A stretch of 64,000 nt of DNA from Candidatus Aldehydirespiratoraceae bacterium (GTDB lineage: Bacteria > Actinomycetota > Acidimicrobiia > Acidimicrobiales > Aldehydirespiratoraceae), in the NCBI GenBank assembly GCA_965198365.1, contig OZ240617.1, positions 195,938 through 259,937 on the forward strand. The letters run 5' to 3'. Position numbers and translations under genes: made by a program. Shown here piece by piece: positions 1-9,361 of the stretch (the stretch's first letter is position 1; every line of letters starts with the position of its first letter). The notes below the pieces were generated by a model that was not told the origin of the DNA, made no database searches, and saw only the letters and a list, made by a program, of their open reading frames with translations.

Positions 1-42
1 CTGATAAGGGTGAGGTCGCAGGTTCGACTCCTGCTAGCCCCA
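1..42 (+). tRNA. tRNA-Ile (anticodon GAT), 3' portion only; the window opens inside the anticodon loop
   Basis: Sequence reads CTGATAA GGGTG AGGTC GCAGG TTCGACT CCTGC TAGCCCC A. That gives an anticodon loop CT-GAT-AA, a short variable loop, a 5-bp T stem with a TTCGAnT loop, a 7-nt acceptor strand and discriminator A. The stretch CTGATAAGGGTGAGGTC is the same as in classical bacterial tRNA-Ile(GAU). CCA is not encoded. Confidence 0.8.
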
Positions 43-229
43 CGTTCAGCGCCGCAAATCCACGGGAGGAACTGATGGGTAGGAGTGGCCTATTCACACT
101 CATACGAAGAGCTCTCGTTGCGATCGGGGCAGGAGTTGCAGTAGCGGCCGCGATCAGAGTGCGAGGAAGCGGTGGCTCGCCACCCCAAAAAGGAGGCTGG
201 CGGGAGCTTCGAGGCGACGACCTTCGCTG

Positions 230-1222
230 ATGTCGCACATCGTGGTGTTCGGGGCGGGAGCAACAGGTACACGGATCGCGCAGCAACTTCTGGCCAGCGG
301 TCAAGCGACCAACGTCGAAGTACGCGACGCCCGTCGAGAACGCTCGCGACAACTCGTCCACACCCTCGGCCGGGCATCGGAACTCGGCCACGGCTACCAC
401 CTTGATTCCTCGGTCGACTTGGCCGTCGTTGCCACCCCGGCCGCGGGTCAGGCAAACCTAGCCCGCCGTGCGGTTCACCACGGCGTTCCGGTCGTAACCA
501 CATCGAATCATCTGTCGGAAGTACGACGTTTGCTGGCTCTGCATCAAGAAGCGCTGCACAACCGGGTCCCGGTCGTTGTTGGTGCCACCTTCATGCCGGG
601 ATTCACCTGCCTGATAGCCCGCCACGGCGCATCAGAGTTTGACCAAGTTGATGAGATCCACGTCGCCAAAGTCGGCACTGGTGGACCCTCATGTGCGCGG
701 CAACACCATCAAGCCCTGTCGTCGGTGGGACTGGATTGGCGCGACGGGCGTTGGACCTCCCGTGCTCCAGGGTCAGGTCGGGAACTCGCATACTTCCCGG
801 ATCCCATCGGCGGACGCGACTGCTACCGGGGAGCGCTGCCCGATGCGTTGCTGCTGGTCCCCGAATTCCAAGGGGTGCAACGAGTGACCGCCCGAATGGC
901 CGCAACCCGCAGAGATCGTTTGACTTCGCCGCTGCCGATGCTGCGCCCACCACACGCCGAGGGCGGCCTCGGAGCAGTGCGTGTTGAACTACGAGGCAGA
1001 GTCGGCATCGAACGTCGGGTGAGCGTGTTCGGTGCCGTGGAGCGTCCGGCTTCAGCAGCGGCTGTAGTAGCAGTCAGCACCAGCCTCGCCGTGCTCAGAG
1101 GAGATTTTCCTGCCGGCGCATACGGCTTGGCAGGGTCAGCCGATCCGCTGCCGCTGTTGAACGACATTGCCGATCGAGGCGTTCGCCCGCTCCGCTTCGA
1201 AGGCGTATCCATGTACTACTAA
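230..1222 (+). CDS. saccharopine dehydrogenase-like NAD(P)-binding protein
   Basis: 330-aa ORF. N-terminal Rossmann motif VVFGAGATGTRIA. Length and layout are typical of the saccharopine dehydrogenase family. Confidence 0.6.
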   Translation: MSHIVVFGAGATGTRIAQQLLASGQATNVEVRDARRERSRQLVHTLGRASELGHGYHLDSSVDLAVVATPAAGQANLARRAVHHGVPVVTTSNHLSEVRRLLALHQEALHNRVPVVVGATFMPGFTCLIARHGASEFDQVDEIHVAKVGTGGPSCARQHHQALSSVGLDWRDGRWTSRAPGSGRELAYFPDPIGGRDCYRGALPDALLLVPEFQGVQRVTARMAATRRDRLTSPLPMLRPPHAEGGLGAVRVELRGRVGIERRVSVFGAVERPASAAAVVAVSTSLAVLRGDFPAGAYGLAGSADPLPLLNDIADRGVRPLRFEGVSMYY

Positions 1223-1240
1223 CCGGCTTAAAGTAGGGCT

Positions 1241-1891
1241 GTGCATTTCAGGTTGATGATGGCGTTCGCTTTGTTGGTGAGCGCGTGTGGAGGGTCGGGG
1301 TCATCCACAGAACCCGAGCCTGTCGACCCGGCACCGGTCGACACGGTTGCTGCAGAGGCTCCCGAGGCATGTCCAGACGCCGTAAATGCGGCACCTGAGA
1401 AGCTGCCTGTCGGCGAGGTGCGAGAACTGTCCGACAATGGTGCTGTGCATGTGGTGTGTGCCAGCTTCGATCACGCACCCCCAGCCAGCGGAGATCACTT
1501 CTGGGCCTGGCAGAACTGTGGCATCTATACCCAGCCCATTCAGAACCAGACCGCCGTGCATTCCCTTGAACACGGTGCCGTCTGGGTGGCGTATCAACCG
1601 GACCTCGATGCGTCTTTGATCCAAGCGATGACCGAGCGCCTCAAATCGGAGAAGTTTGCGTTGATGGCGCCATACCCCGGCCTGCAGAACCCGATCGTTC
1701 TCACTGCTTGGACACGACAACTCGCAGTCGACGACTGGTCGGACCCAGCAATCGAAGAGTTCCTCGACACCTACTTTGGGAGGTACTCCCCGGTTGCACC
1801 CGAGGCGGGCGCATCTTGTGGCCAAGCCGTTGGCTCCGCCCCCACCGCCCCGAACTTGAATTATCAAGAGATTCTTGAGCAAGTGAGCTGA
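1241..1891 (+). CDS. DUF3105-like secreted lipoprotein
   Basis: Signal peptide with lipobox LLVSAC. Conserved HSLEHGAVWVAY core typical of actinobacterial DUF3105 proteins. Confidence 0.55.
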   Translation: MHFRLMMAFALLVSACGGSGSSTEPEPVDPAPVDTVAAEAPEACPDAVNAAPEKLPVGEVRELSDNGAVHVVCASFDHAPPASGDHFWAWQNCGIYTQPIQNQTAVHSLEHGAVWVAYQPDLDASLIQAMTERLKSEKFALMAPYPGLQNPIVLTAWTRQLAVDDWSDPAIEEFLDTYFGRYSPVAPEAGASCGQAVGSAPTAPNLNYQEILEQVS

Positions 1892-1897
1892 ACCGGC

Positions 1898-2719
1898 TCA
1901 CTGAAAAAGGGCCAGCAGCTCCTGGTGGATCCGATTGTTGGAGGCTATGGCTGACCCGGAAAGCCAGACATCGGGACCAGTCCGACCGTCGAAGGTGCTG
2001 AAACTCCCGCCGGCCTCAGTGACGATGACAGCGATAGGCGCTAGATCCCAAGGGAATGCCTCCGGATCGATCATCGCTTCAACGCGGCCCGTAGCCACAA
2101 GGGCATAGCCGGAAGCATCACCCCAAGTTCGCAACTTGACGGGACTGTCGAGCAGCGCCGGCAACAGAGCATCGGGCCAGTACCCGAACCCGCTCGTGCA
2201 CACGAAAGCCCCCTCGAGACCTTCGCGGTCGTTGACCCGGCACGGGTCACCGTTGAAGAACGCTCCAAGTCCACGCCCAGCCCAAATCGTCTCACCCAAT
2301 GCAGGCAGGTTGATCACACCCACAGCGGGACCGTGCTCATCGACAAGGGCCAACAGGTTGGCAAAAAGCGGCACGCCCCTCATAAAGGCCTTGGTGCCGT
2401 CGATGGGGTCGATCACCCAAGTTCTGCCTGATGTCCCGGAAGTGTCGGGATGCTCCTCGCCGAGCACGGAGTCATCGGGGAAAGCCGCGTTGAGCCGCTC
2501 ACGGACCAACGTCTCAGCAGCGAGATCGGCAGCGGTCACCGGTGAGCCGTCGTGCTTGTGGTCGACCGAGAGAGCACTCCCGCCATACCACTCAAGAGTG
2601 AGCTCCCCGGCCTCCCGGGCTATTTCAACACAGAAGTCGACGTCTGCTTGGTTGGCTCTTGGTTGGTTGGCTCTTGGTTGGTTGGCTCTTGGTTGGTTGG
2701 CTTTGTCTGGCCGAGTCAC
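1898..2719 (-). CDS. hisN: inositol monophosphatase family protein / histidinol-phosphatase HisN-like
   Basis: IMPase motifs EEHP and WVIDPIDGTKAFMRGVPLFA, plus a C-terminal WD..A motif. GTG start. The N-terminus carries an (ANQPR) repeat. Confidence 0.7.
   Translation of the reverse strand: MTRPDKANQPRANQPRANQPRANQADVDFCVEIAREAGELTLEWYGGSALSVDHKHDGSPVTAADLAAETLVRERLNAAFPDDSVLGEEHPDTSGTSGRTWVIDPIDGTKAFMRGVPLFANLLALVDEHGPAVGVINLPALGETIWAGRGLGAFFNGDPCRVNDREGLEGAFVCTSGFGYWPDALLPALLDSPVKLRTWGDASGYALVATGRVEAMIDPEAFPWDLAPIAVIVTEAGGSFSTFDGRTGPDVWLSGSAIASNNRIHQELLALFQ
2647..2702. repeat. 15-bp tandem repeat CTTGGTTGGTTGGCT, 3 full copies plus 1 partial
   Basis: Read directly from the sequence. On the minus strand it encodes ANQPR ANQPR ANQPR ANQ at the N-terminus of the HisN-like ORF. 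Confidence 0.9.
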
Positions 2720-2833
2720 CCTTAGAAGCTAGTTGCTCAAGTGGCATCAGCGGTGTGGAAACTACCGAATTATTATATAGTTTCATTAAGTTTCAAGTAA
2801 TAATCTACTCCACAAGGGGAGCGAGACGAGACG

Positions 2834-3220
2834 ATGCCCAACCACGAGGTAGATGAGGCAGCACGCCTGTTGGCTATCGCAGACCGATACTTCGCCCAAG
2901 CTTCGGCCGCCCGTGCGCTCGCCGCGGCCATCGATCAGCGCCGCATCTCCCTCACAACCAGGCTGGACCCGTGTGTTCATCGGCATCTCCCCGAAGTGTG
3001 GTCGTCCAACGCCGCGGAAGTCAGTCGCATGAGGCTCACCAGAATGATCGCCCGCGACGTTTGGGTCGCATGTGAGCAACTACTCGAAACCCGGATAGCC
3101 CTGATCCGAAATGCTGAGGAAGCTGATGCGCAAGCCTTCGTTCTTCAGAGCCGCGCGGCCGAGATCAATTTGGAGACGGCGACCCAGGACAGCAAAACCT
3201 CTCCCGACAAGCTGGTCTAG
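2834..3220 (+). CDS. hypothetical protein
   Basis: 128-aa ORF preceded by GGGGAG. No recognisable motifs. Confidence 0.35.
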   Translation: MPNHEVDEAARLLAIADRYFAQASAARALAAAIDQRRISLTTRLDPCVHRHLPEVWSSNAAEVSRMRLTRMIARDVWVACEQLLETRIALIRNAEEADAQAFVLQSRAAEINLETATQDSKTSPDKLV

Positions 3221-3284
3221 CTAATAAAACAATTGGTTTTCAGGGATTCGTACGTAGTCTGCGCTAGCAACGAAAGGGTCGACA

Positions 3285-4700
3285 GTGCAACAACTCAGTG
3301 CTCAAGACGCAAGTTTTCTACATCTCGAATCACAACGGACACCGATGCACATCGGGTCGGTCGCGATTTACGACCAAGGCAGCGTTGCGGGCGGAGTAGT
3401 TACCTTCAAGTCCATCCTGACGATGATGGAACAACGCCTCGGCATGGCGCGGTCGTTCACCGAGAGGCTCGTTCATGTGCCGATGAAAGTTGATTACCCG
3501 TATTGGGTGTCCGACCCCGACTTCGACCTCGAATATCACGTACGCCACATAGCGCTTCCCAAGCCAGGAGACTGGCGCCAACTATGGATTCAAGTCGCTC
3601 GCCTCGTTTCACGCCCACTCGACTTGGAACGCCCGCTGTGGGAATTCACCGTCGTTGAAGGACTCGACAATCTCGACGGCATACCAACTGGTGCCTACGC
3701 CATCGTCTCCAAGATCCATCACTGCGCCGTCGACGGTGTATCGGGTCAAGAAATCACCGCGGCAATCCACGATCTCGAACCCGACACTGCCTTGACCGAC
3801 CCGCCTCTGGTGCGCACCGACAACGTGCCCACCGGGGTTGAACTACTCGGACGAGCCGCAGTCAACAGCATTCGTCAGCCATTGCGAGTTCCGAGCCTCA
3901 TCAGGGAGACCGTTCCTGCCCTGGGACGCCTGGCACAGGTGGCCAGCAAAGACGATGTCCACCTGCCCGCAGTACCGGGGCGGGTACCGGTGACTCGATT
4001 CAACCAAAAAGTATCCCCACATCGAGTGATCTCAGGCAAGCGCTTCGACCTCGACGACATCAAAGCGATCAAGAACACAGTGCAGGGCGCAACCATCAAC
4101 GACGCGGTCCTCACCATTTGCGCCGGAGGTATTCGGCGCTACCTCGAACACCACGGCGAACTGCCCGAAGAGAGCCTGACCGCTATGGCCCCGATCTCGG
4201 TGCGCGCCGAAAGCGAACAAAGCGACGCCGGCAACCACGTTGCAGCCATGGTCGTGCGACTGCGCACCGACATTGCCGACGATGTGGAACGGCTGTCAGC
4301 CATCCGCGAGGCTTCAAAAGAATCAAAGGAGCTCACCAACTCGGTGGGTGCTCGGCTGATGACCGACTACACCCAGTTCATTCCCGCGGCGACCGCGGCT
4401 TTGGCCAGTCGCCTGGCAACCCGCCTGGCAGTCAACACCACCCGGCCAGTCGTGAACTGCACGATCAGCAACGTGCCCGGCCCCCAGATTCCGTTGTATG
4501 CGGCATCGGCCCGGTTGATCGACATGTACGGATTCGGTCCACTAGTCGACGGCTTGGCGCTTTTCATTCCGGTACTCAGCTACTGCGGCGGAATCACCAT
4601 CGGCGTTACTTCATGCCGCGAGATCATGCCGGACCCGGAGCGGTTCATGCTGTGCATCGAAGAATCCTTCGAGGAACTCAAAGCCGGCGTGTCGGCCTGA
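3285..4700 (+). CDS. wax ester synthase / diacylglycerol acyltransferase (WS/DGAT)
   Basis: 471 aa. Catalytic HHxxxDG motif (HHCAVDGVSG). N-terminal MQQLSAQDASFLHLE and C-terminal NVPGP motifs are typical of the WS/DGAT family. Confidence 0.85.
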   Translation: MQQLSAQDASFLHLESQRTPMHIGSVAIYDQGSVAGGVVTFKSILTMMEQRLGMARSFTERLVHVPMKVDYPYWVSDPDFDLEYHVRHIALPKPGDWRQLWIQVARLVSRPLDLERPLWEFTVVEGLDNLDGIPTGAYAIVSKIHHCAVDGVSGQEITAAIHDLEPDTALTDPPLVRTDNVPTGVELLGRAAVNSIRQPLRVPSLIRETVPALGRLAQVASKDDVHLPAVPGRVPVTRFNQKVSPHRVISGKRFDLDDIKAIKNTVQGATINDAVLTICAGGIRRYLEHHGELPEESLTAMAPISVRAESEQSDAGNHVAAMVVRLRTDIADDVERLSAIREASKESKELTNSVGARLMTDYTQFIPAATAALASRLATRLAVNTTRPVVNCTISNVPGPQIPLYAASARLIDMYGFGPLVDGLALFIPVLSYCGGITIGVTSCREIMPDPERFMLCIEESFEELKAGVSA

Positions 4701-4728
4701 GCCATCAGAGCGTCAGGTCAGGTCAGCC

Positions 4729-5511
4729 TCAAGCCGCGTGTTGAGACGGGTCGTAGACCTCTGCGTTCGGGAACAACCCCCGTAGCGCGGCAGGTGGCTT
4801 GAACGGCTGCCATTGCGAACCCTCTTGAGCCAAGCGATCCGCAACCACCACAATTGCTGCGGGGTTGTGACCAAGCCCGCAGTGGCTACCACGCACCTCG
4901 ACGTTCTCGGTATGGGGAAAGTCACGGTTCAGGCAGTGATCCCACTTCACGATGCCGTCGCCGCGGGTATAGATCGAAGTAGCCGAAACCGGGATCGGCT
5001 CCCTGGCCCAACTGGGTATGCGAGGCATCATCACCCGGTCCGAATGGAACTCTTTGAAAGAATTGAACGCCGCGCTGACATTCGAGTCCTGCTCGCCGAC
5101 GATCTGGAACGGACTGCCGAGCGTGATCACCTGGCGGATGGCCGACGGAGCCAGCCGAGCCATCTCACGGGCGTAGAGGCCACCGAGGCTCCAACCCACA
5201 ATGTCGATCGGCCTGTCTTCGGCGCTGTGGTCTTCAAGGAGTTGCATCAAGCCGTCGAGAATCTCATCGGTGGGTCCGATGTTGCGGCCGAGCCCCCAGC
5301 CGTGGGCGTCATGGCCCAAAGCGCGAAGCAACACCCTCATCGGTTTGGTGCTCGGATCGTCGCCCAAGAATCCAGGAAGCACCAACACTGGACGCCCGAC
5401 GCCGCGAGGCAACACCCGGGACAACACAGGCGCAATAGCTACGAAGGTCCCCAGCTCTGCCAGAGCTCGAACCTCCAACATGACTCGCAGCGAATCAAGC
5501 CGAGTGCGCAC
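4729..5511 (-). CDS. alpha/beta hydrolase (lipase/esterase-like)
   Basis: Nucleophile elbow GWSLGG. Has a PVLVLPGF oxyanion region. Confidence 0.65.
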   Translation of the reverse strand: MRTRLDSLRVMLEVRALAELGTFVAIAPVLSRVLPRGVGRPVLVLPGFLGDDPSTKPMRVLLRALGHDAHGWGLGRNIGPTDEILDGLMQLLEDHSAEDRPIDIVGWSLGGLYAREMARLAPSAIRQVITLGSPFQIVGEQDSNVSAAFNSFKEFHSDRVMMPRIPSWAREPIPVSATSIYTRGDGIVKWDHCLNRDFPHTENVEVRGSHCGLGHNPAAIVVVADRLAQEGSQWQPFKPPAALRGLFPNAEVYDPSQHAA

Positions 5512-5593
5512 AAAGCCAATCGTGGCATCTTCAAGTTAGTTCAGCAAGTATTTATCTAATATTTATGCACGTTTCAATAAATCACACTGGCTT

Positions 5594-6364
5594 TTAATCG
5601 ATTCCGTCGAAATTGGGTGGACGCTTCTCAGCGAACGCGGTCATCGCCTCAATGTTGGCAGGAGAACCCATCAGCACCGCGAACTCGCCGTTTTCTCGGG
5701 CGTGAGCCTCATGCAGAGCGGCCCGGATGGGTTCAACAATGGTGCGTTTGGAAGCAACCAGAGAACTGATCGGCTTGGCAGCCAGAATCTGGGCGTGCGA
5801 CATGGCTGTGGCCAGCAACTCGTCGGGTTCACAAACCTTGAAAGCCAAACCCATCTCAAGGCACTCGCCGGCCGTTATCCACTCAGAACTCAGTAAAACC
5901 CAACTCGCATTCTGTCGCCCGATCAGCGCGGGGAAGCTGCCGCTGCTTGCCAGTTCGGGGGCAACGCCGAGCATCGTGAACGGGCACTTGAGTCGGGCCG
6001 TAGACGACATGAACACAAGATCAGCCAAGCCCAGGATTGTGGCGCCGAACCCGAGACCCATACCGTTGACAGCCAGGATCAGCGGCTTCGGGAAATCAAT
6101 CAGGATTCTGGTGACACCCGGGAACCCGTGAATCGCCTCAACGCGCTCACCCATCGCCATCCGACCCATCTCGATGACGTCCTGGCCGGCCGAGAAAGAA
6201 TCTCCGGAGCCGGTGATGACAACCACAGCCACATCCGCAGCTTGTTCGGCTTCGTTCAACGCCTCTGCGAGACCGTCCCACATGGCTGCGTTCATGGCGT
6301 TCTTAGCTTCGGACCGCATCAAAGTTATGGTGCGAACCCGGTGGTCGTCGGTGATCTCAATCAT
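5594..6364 (-). CDS. enoyl-CoA hydratase/isomerase (crotonase) family protein
   Basis: 256 aa. Motifs are crotonase-like: VVVITGSGDSFSAGQD and LILAVNGMGLGFG. Confidence 0.8.
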   Translation of the reverse strand: MIEITDDHRVRTITLMRSEAKNAMNAAMWDGLAEALNEAEQAADVAVVVITGSGDSFSAGQDVIEMGRMAMGERVEAIHGFPGVTRILIDFPKPLILAVNGMGLGFGATILGLADLVFMSSTARLKCPFTMLGVAPELASSGSFPALIGRQNASWVLLSSEWITAGECLEMGLAFKVCEPDELLATAMSHAQILAAKPISSLVASKRTIVEPIRAALHEAHARENGEFAVLMGSPANIEAMTAFAEKRPPNFDGID

Positions 6365-6484
6365 GTTGCCCCCGTGCTAGTGAGGAGATTTGCTGATAGC
6401 GAGAGTAGGCGCGTGCTGCTGTATGAGTGTCATCATGTGGCTGGTTCAACAACAACGCAATCAAACCGCCGAAGGGAGAAGACG

Positions 6485-8239
6485 ATGGCGCAACATGATC
6501 TGATCATCAGAGGCGGCACTGTTGTGGACGGCACGGGTAGCGCGAAACGCACCGCAGACGTTGCCGTGAACGGTGGCGTGATCAGCGAGGTAGGCCGGGT
6601 CAGCGGATCGACTCGCCGCGAGATCGACGCAGACGGAGCGCTGGTCGCCCCCGGCTTCGTCGACATCCACGCCCACTACGACGGGCAAGCCACCTGGGAT
6701 GAACGCATGCAACCGTCGAGTTGGCATGGCGTCACAACCGTTGTGTTCGGCAACTGCGGGGTTGGTTTCGCACCGGTGCACGACCAAGACCACAACAAGC
6801 TCGTGGAACTGATGGAAGGCGTCGAGGACATCCCCGGAGCGGCTCTGCACGAAGGACTGCAGTGGGGATGGAACTCCTTCGGCGAATATCTCGGCGCGCT
6901 CGAGGGCTCCAAAGACATGAACATCGCTGCACAAGTGCCTCACGGTGCTCTGCGCCTGCATGTCATGGGGGAGCGCGGCGCCAACCGAGAAGACGCCACC
7001 GACCAGGACATCGCCACGATGGGTCAGCTCGCCGCGGAGGGTATCGCAGCAGGCGGCCTGGGGTTCACCACCAGCCGCACCTCAAACCACAAGACGTCAA
7101 CCGGAGACTTCACGCCGACACTCACAGCCGCAGCCCAAGAGCTGATCGGAATCGCCGAAACAGTTGGTAAAGCCGACACAGGGGTGTTCCAACTCGTGAG
7201 TGACTTCACCGACCGCGACGCCGAGTTCCAGATGTTCCGCGACATGTGCGCAGTGTCTGGGCGCCCGCTCTCGTTCACCATCGTGGAGAGTCCACGCTCA
7301 GCCGGATTCCACCAAGACCTCCTCAGCCGAATCGAAGCTGCTCGCGCAGATGGCCTCGAGATCACAGGACAATGCCCGGTTCGGCCCATCGGCATCCTCC
7401 TGGGCTTCGAATGCACGCTCAATCCGTTCATGCGCAACCCGGTCTGGCAAGAGGTTGCCGACATGGCGCCCGCTGGGCGAGTCGCCGCCCTGCAAGACCC
7501 CGACCGCCGCCAGCGCCTGCTCCAAGCCAGCAGCGGTGTCGAACGCAACCTCGTCGGTGGGCGCATCATCGAGGACTTCCACAACATGTTCGAGATGGGT
7601 GAATGGCCCTACTACGAACCCCCACCCGACCAAACCGTGGCCCGCCGCGCCGAAGCCAGCGGCATGAGCACCGCCGAGTTCGCCCTCGATCTGCTGTTGA
7701 AGAACGGCGGTACCAACATGCTGTGGTTACCCTTCACCAACTACGGATTCATGAACCTCAACGGCACGCGGGAGTTGCTCACCCACCCCTACACGGTGCC
7801 GGCGCTGGGCGACGGCGGTGCCCACGTTGGGACGATCTGTGACGGTTCGTTCCCAACCACACTGCTACAGCACTGGGGTCGGGACCGGCCCAACAACAAG
7901 ATCAGCCTGGAGTTTCTAGTGCAACGCCAAGCCCGTGACACAGCCCGCACCGTCGGGCTATTTGACCGGGGAGTCGTCGCTGAGGGGTACCGAGCCGACA
8001 TCAACGTCATTGACTTCGACAACCTGCGAGTGCGAGGCCCAGAGCTGGCCTATGACCTACCCGCCGGTGGTCGTCGATTGTTGCAACGAGCAGACGGTTA
8101 CCTGCACACCATCGTCAGCGGCGAAGAAACCTACGCCTCGGGTGAAGCCACCGGTGCTCTGCCCGGCCGTTTGGTACGTGGCGCGCAGCCGACACCAGCA
8201 ATGGCTCAACCGGCAACGACGAACGGAAGCGGGCGGTGA
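6485..8239 (+). CDS. N-acyl-D-amino-acid deacylase (D-aminoacylase) family amidohydrolase
   Basis: Start chosen at ATG 6485 (MAQHDLIIRGGTVVDGTG), preceded by GAAGGGAGAAG. Metal-binding HAHYDG motif. The longer ORF-track version (from 6128) overlaps the crotonase gene on the opposite strand. Confidence 0.8.
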   Translation: MAQHDLIIRGGTVVDGTGSAKRTADVAVNGGVISEVGRVSGSTRREIDADGALVAPGFVDIHAHYDGQATWDERMQPSSWHGVTTVVFGNCGVGFAPVHDQDHNKLVELMEGVEDIPGAALHEGLQWGWNSFGEYLGALEGSKDMNIAAQVPHGALRLHVMGERGANREDATDQDIATMGQLAAEGIAAGGLGFTTSRTSNHKTSTGDFTPTLTAAAQELIGIAETVGKADTGVFQLVSDFTDRDAEFQMFRDMCAVSGRPLSFTIVESPRSAGFHQDLLSRIEAARADGLEITGQCPVRPIGILLGFECTLNPFMRNPVWQEVADMAPAGRVAALQDPDRRQRLLQASSGVERNLVGGRIIEDFHNMFEMGEWPYYEPPPDQTVARRAEASGMSTAEFALDLLLKNGGTNMLWLPFTNYGFMNLNGTRELLTHPYTVPALGDGGAHVGTICDGSFPTTLLQHWGRDRPNNKISLEFLVQRQARDTARTVGLFDRGVVAEGYRADINVIDFDNLRVRGPELAYDLPAGGRRLLQRADGYLHTIVSGEETYASGEATGALPGRLVRGAQPTPAMAQPATTNGSGR

Positions 8240-9282
8240 GTGCCGTAGAAGCCGTTGAAGGCACAGCAGTTCGACCGCTCGAAACTCACGCAAGCTGGAC
8301 AGCGGCCGATGTTGCCGACAGCTGTGCCTGGACCCATCGGCTGAACGAAGACGAAATCGCCGAACTCGAAGCTGCGCTGGCCATTGCACGCAGCCACACC
8401 CACGAAGTGCTGGACGTCGACAAAGACCGTTTCCCGTTGCCCACGCTCGCCCCGGTGCTGGCACAGCTCGCGGACGAATTGATCAACGGACGTGGATTCT
8501 GTCGAATATCGGCACTACCCGTCGAAAGGATCGGGTACGAAAACGCTTCCTGGATGTACTGGGGGATCGGCCTTCACCTTGGTGTGCCCTGGCCCCAAAA
8601 CGTGAAAGGTCACCTGCTCGGAGATGTCAAAGACCAACAGAAATCAGTCAACGACCCCACGGCGAGAGGCAACGAACTAGGGGGTGTCGCTCAACCGTTT
8701 CACTCCGACGGTTCCGACCTGATCGGGCTGTTGTGCCTCGATCCCGGCGTGTCGGGCGGAGAAAGCCTGGTGGCCAACGCCGTTGCCGCTCACAATCTCC
8801 TGGTTGAAACCGACCCAGAACTAGCCGGGGTGCTCTACGACGCGCTTCCCTACGACTTCCGTGGTGAGCAAAGCAAAGGAAGCGACCCGTTCTATCGGGT
8901 GCCGGTGTTCACCGAGCACGGCGACCGGCTGTTCGTACGCTATATCCGGCCCTACATCGAGGCCTCGCAACGCCACCCGGACGCCCCACGACTGAGCCAT
9001 AGACAACGCGCCGCGATGGACGCCTACGACGCCCTCATCTACGACCCCAATAATCGAGTCGAAATGATCTTTGCGCCCGGCGACATGCAATTCGTCAACA
9101 ACTACCACGTGCTCCACGGCCGTAACGCCTACCAAGACGATTTGGCCACAGGCCGGGTGCGCTGGCTGAAACGTTTGTGGCTCGCCACCGAGATCCTCGG
9201 CCCGCAAGATCGCCCCCAGCGTTATCAATCCGCCGGCGCAACCCAGCACTGGTCAACCCGCCGCACCCGCGCCGGAGCGTGA
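8236..9282 (+). CDS. TauD/TfdA family Fe(II)/2-oxoglutarate dioxygenase
   Basis: HSDGSD (HxD) and NNYHVLHGR motifs. The start overlaps the upstream stop (GTGA), which suggests translational coupling. Confidence 0.75.
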   Translation: MSAVEAVEGTAVRPLETHASWTAADVADSCAWTHRLNEDEIAELEAALAIARSHTHEVLDVDKDRFPLPTLAPVLAQLADELINGRGFCRISALPVERIGYENASWMYWGIGLHLGVPWPQNVKGHLLGDVKDQQKSVNDPTARGNELGGVAQPFHSDGSDLIGLLCLDPGVSGGESLVANAVAAHNLLVETDPELAGVLYDALPYDFRGEQSKGSDPFYRVPVFTEHGDRLFVRYIRPYIEASQRHPDAPRLSHRQRAAMDAYDALIYDPNNRVEMIFAPGDMQFVNNYHVLHGRNAYQDDLATGRVRWLKRLWLATEILGPQDRPQRYQSAGATQHWSTRRTRAGA

Positions 9283-9361
9283 AGAACCCGCTGAACCACG
9301 CCACAACAACTAGCCGCGCGGATGTGTCTTGGGGCTTGCAGCGCAGTATGTTACGGACTTC

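Noticed and set aside
1-42. The partial RNA at the window start shares its T-arm (CAGGTTCGACTCCTG) with E. coli selC. I therefore considered tRNA-Sec, which would fit the Sec-GPx finding, and also tmRNA.
   Set aside because: The first bases CTGATAAGGGTGAGGTC are the anticodon loop, stem and short variable loop of tRNA-Ile(GAU). The acceptor strand is 7 nt with discriminator A, and there is no long variable arm, no 8-bp acceptor and no G73.
6128-6484. N-terminal 119-codon extension of the D-aminoacylase ORF in the track.
   Set aside because: It overlaps the crotonase gene on the other strand. The conserved family N-terminus (MAQHDLIIRGGTVVDG) starts at ATG 6485 with a good RBS.
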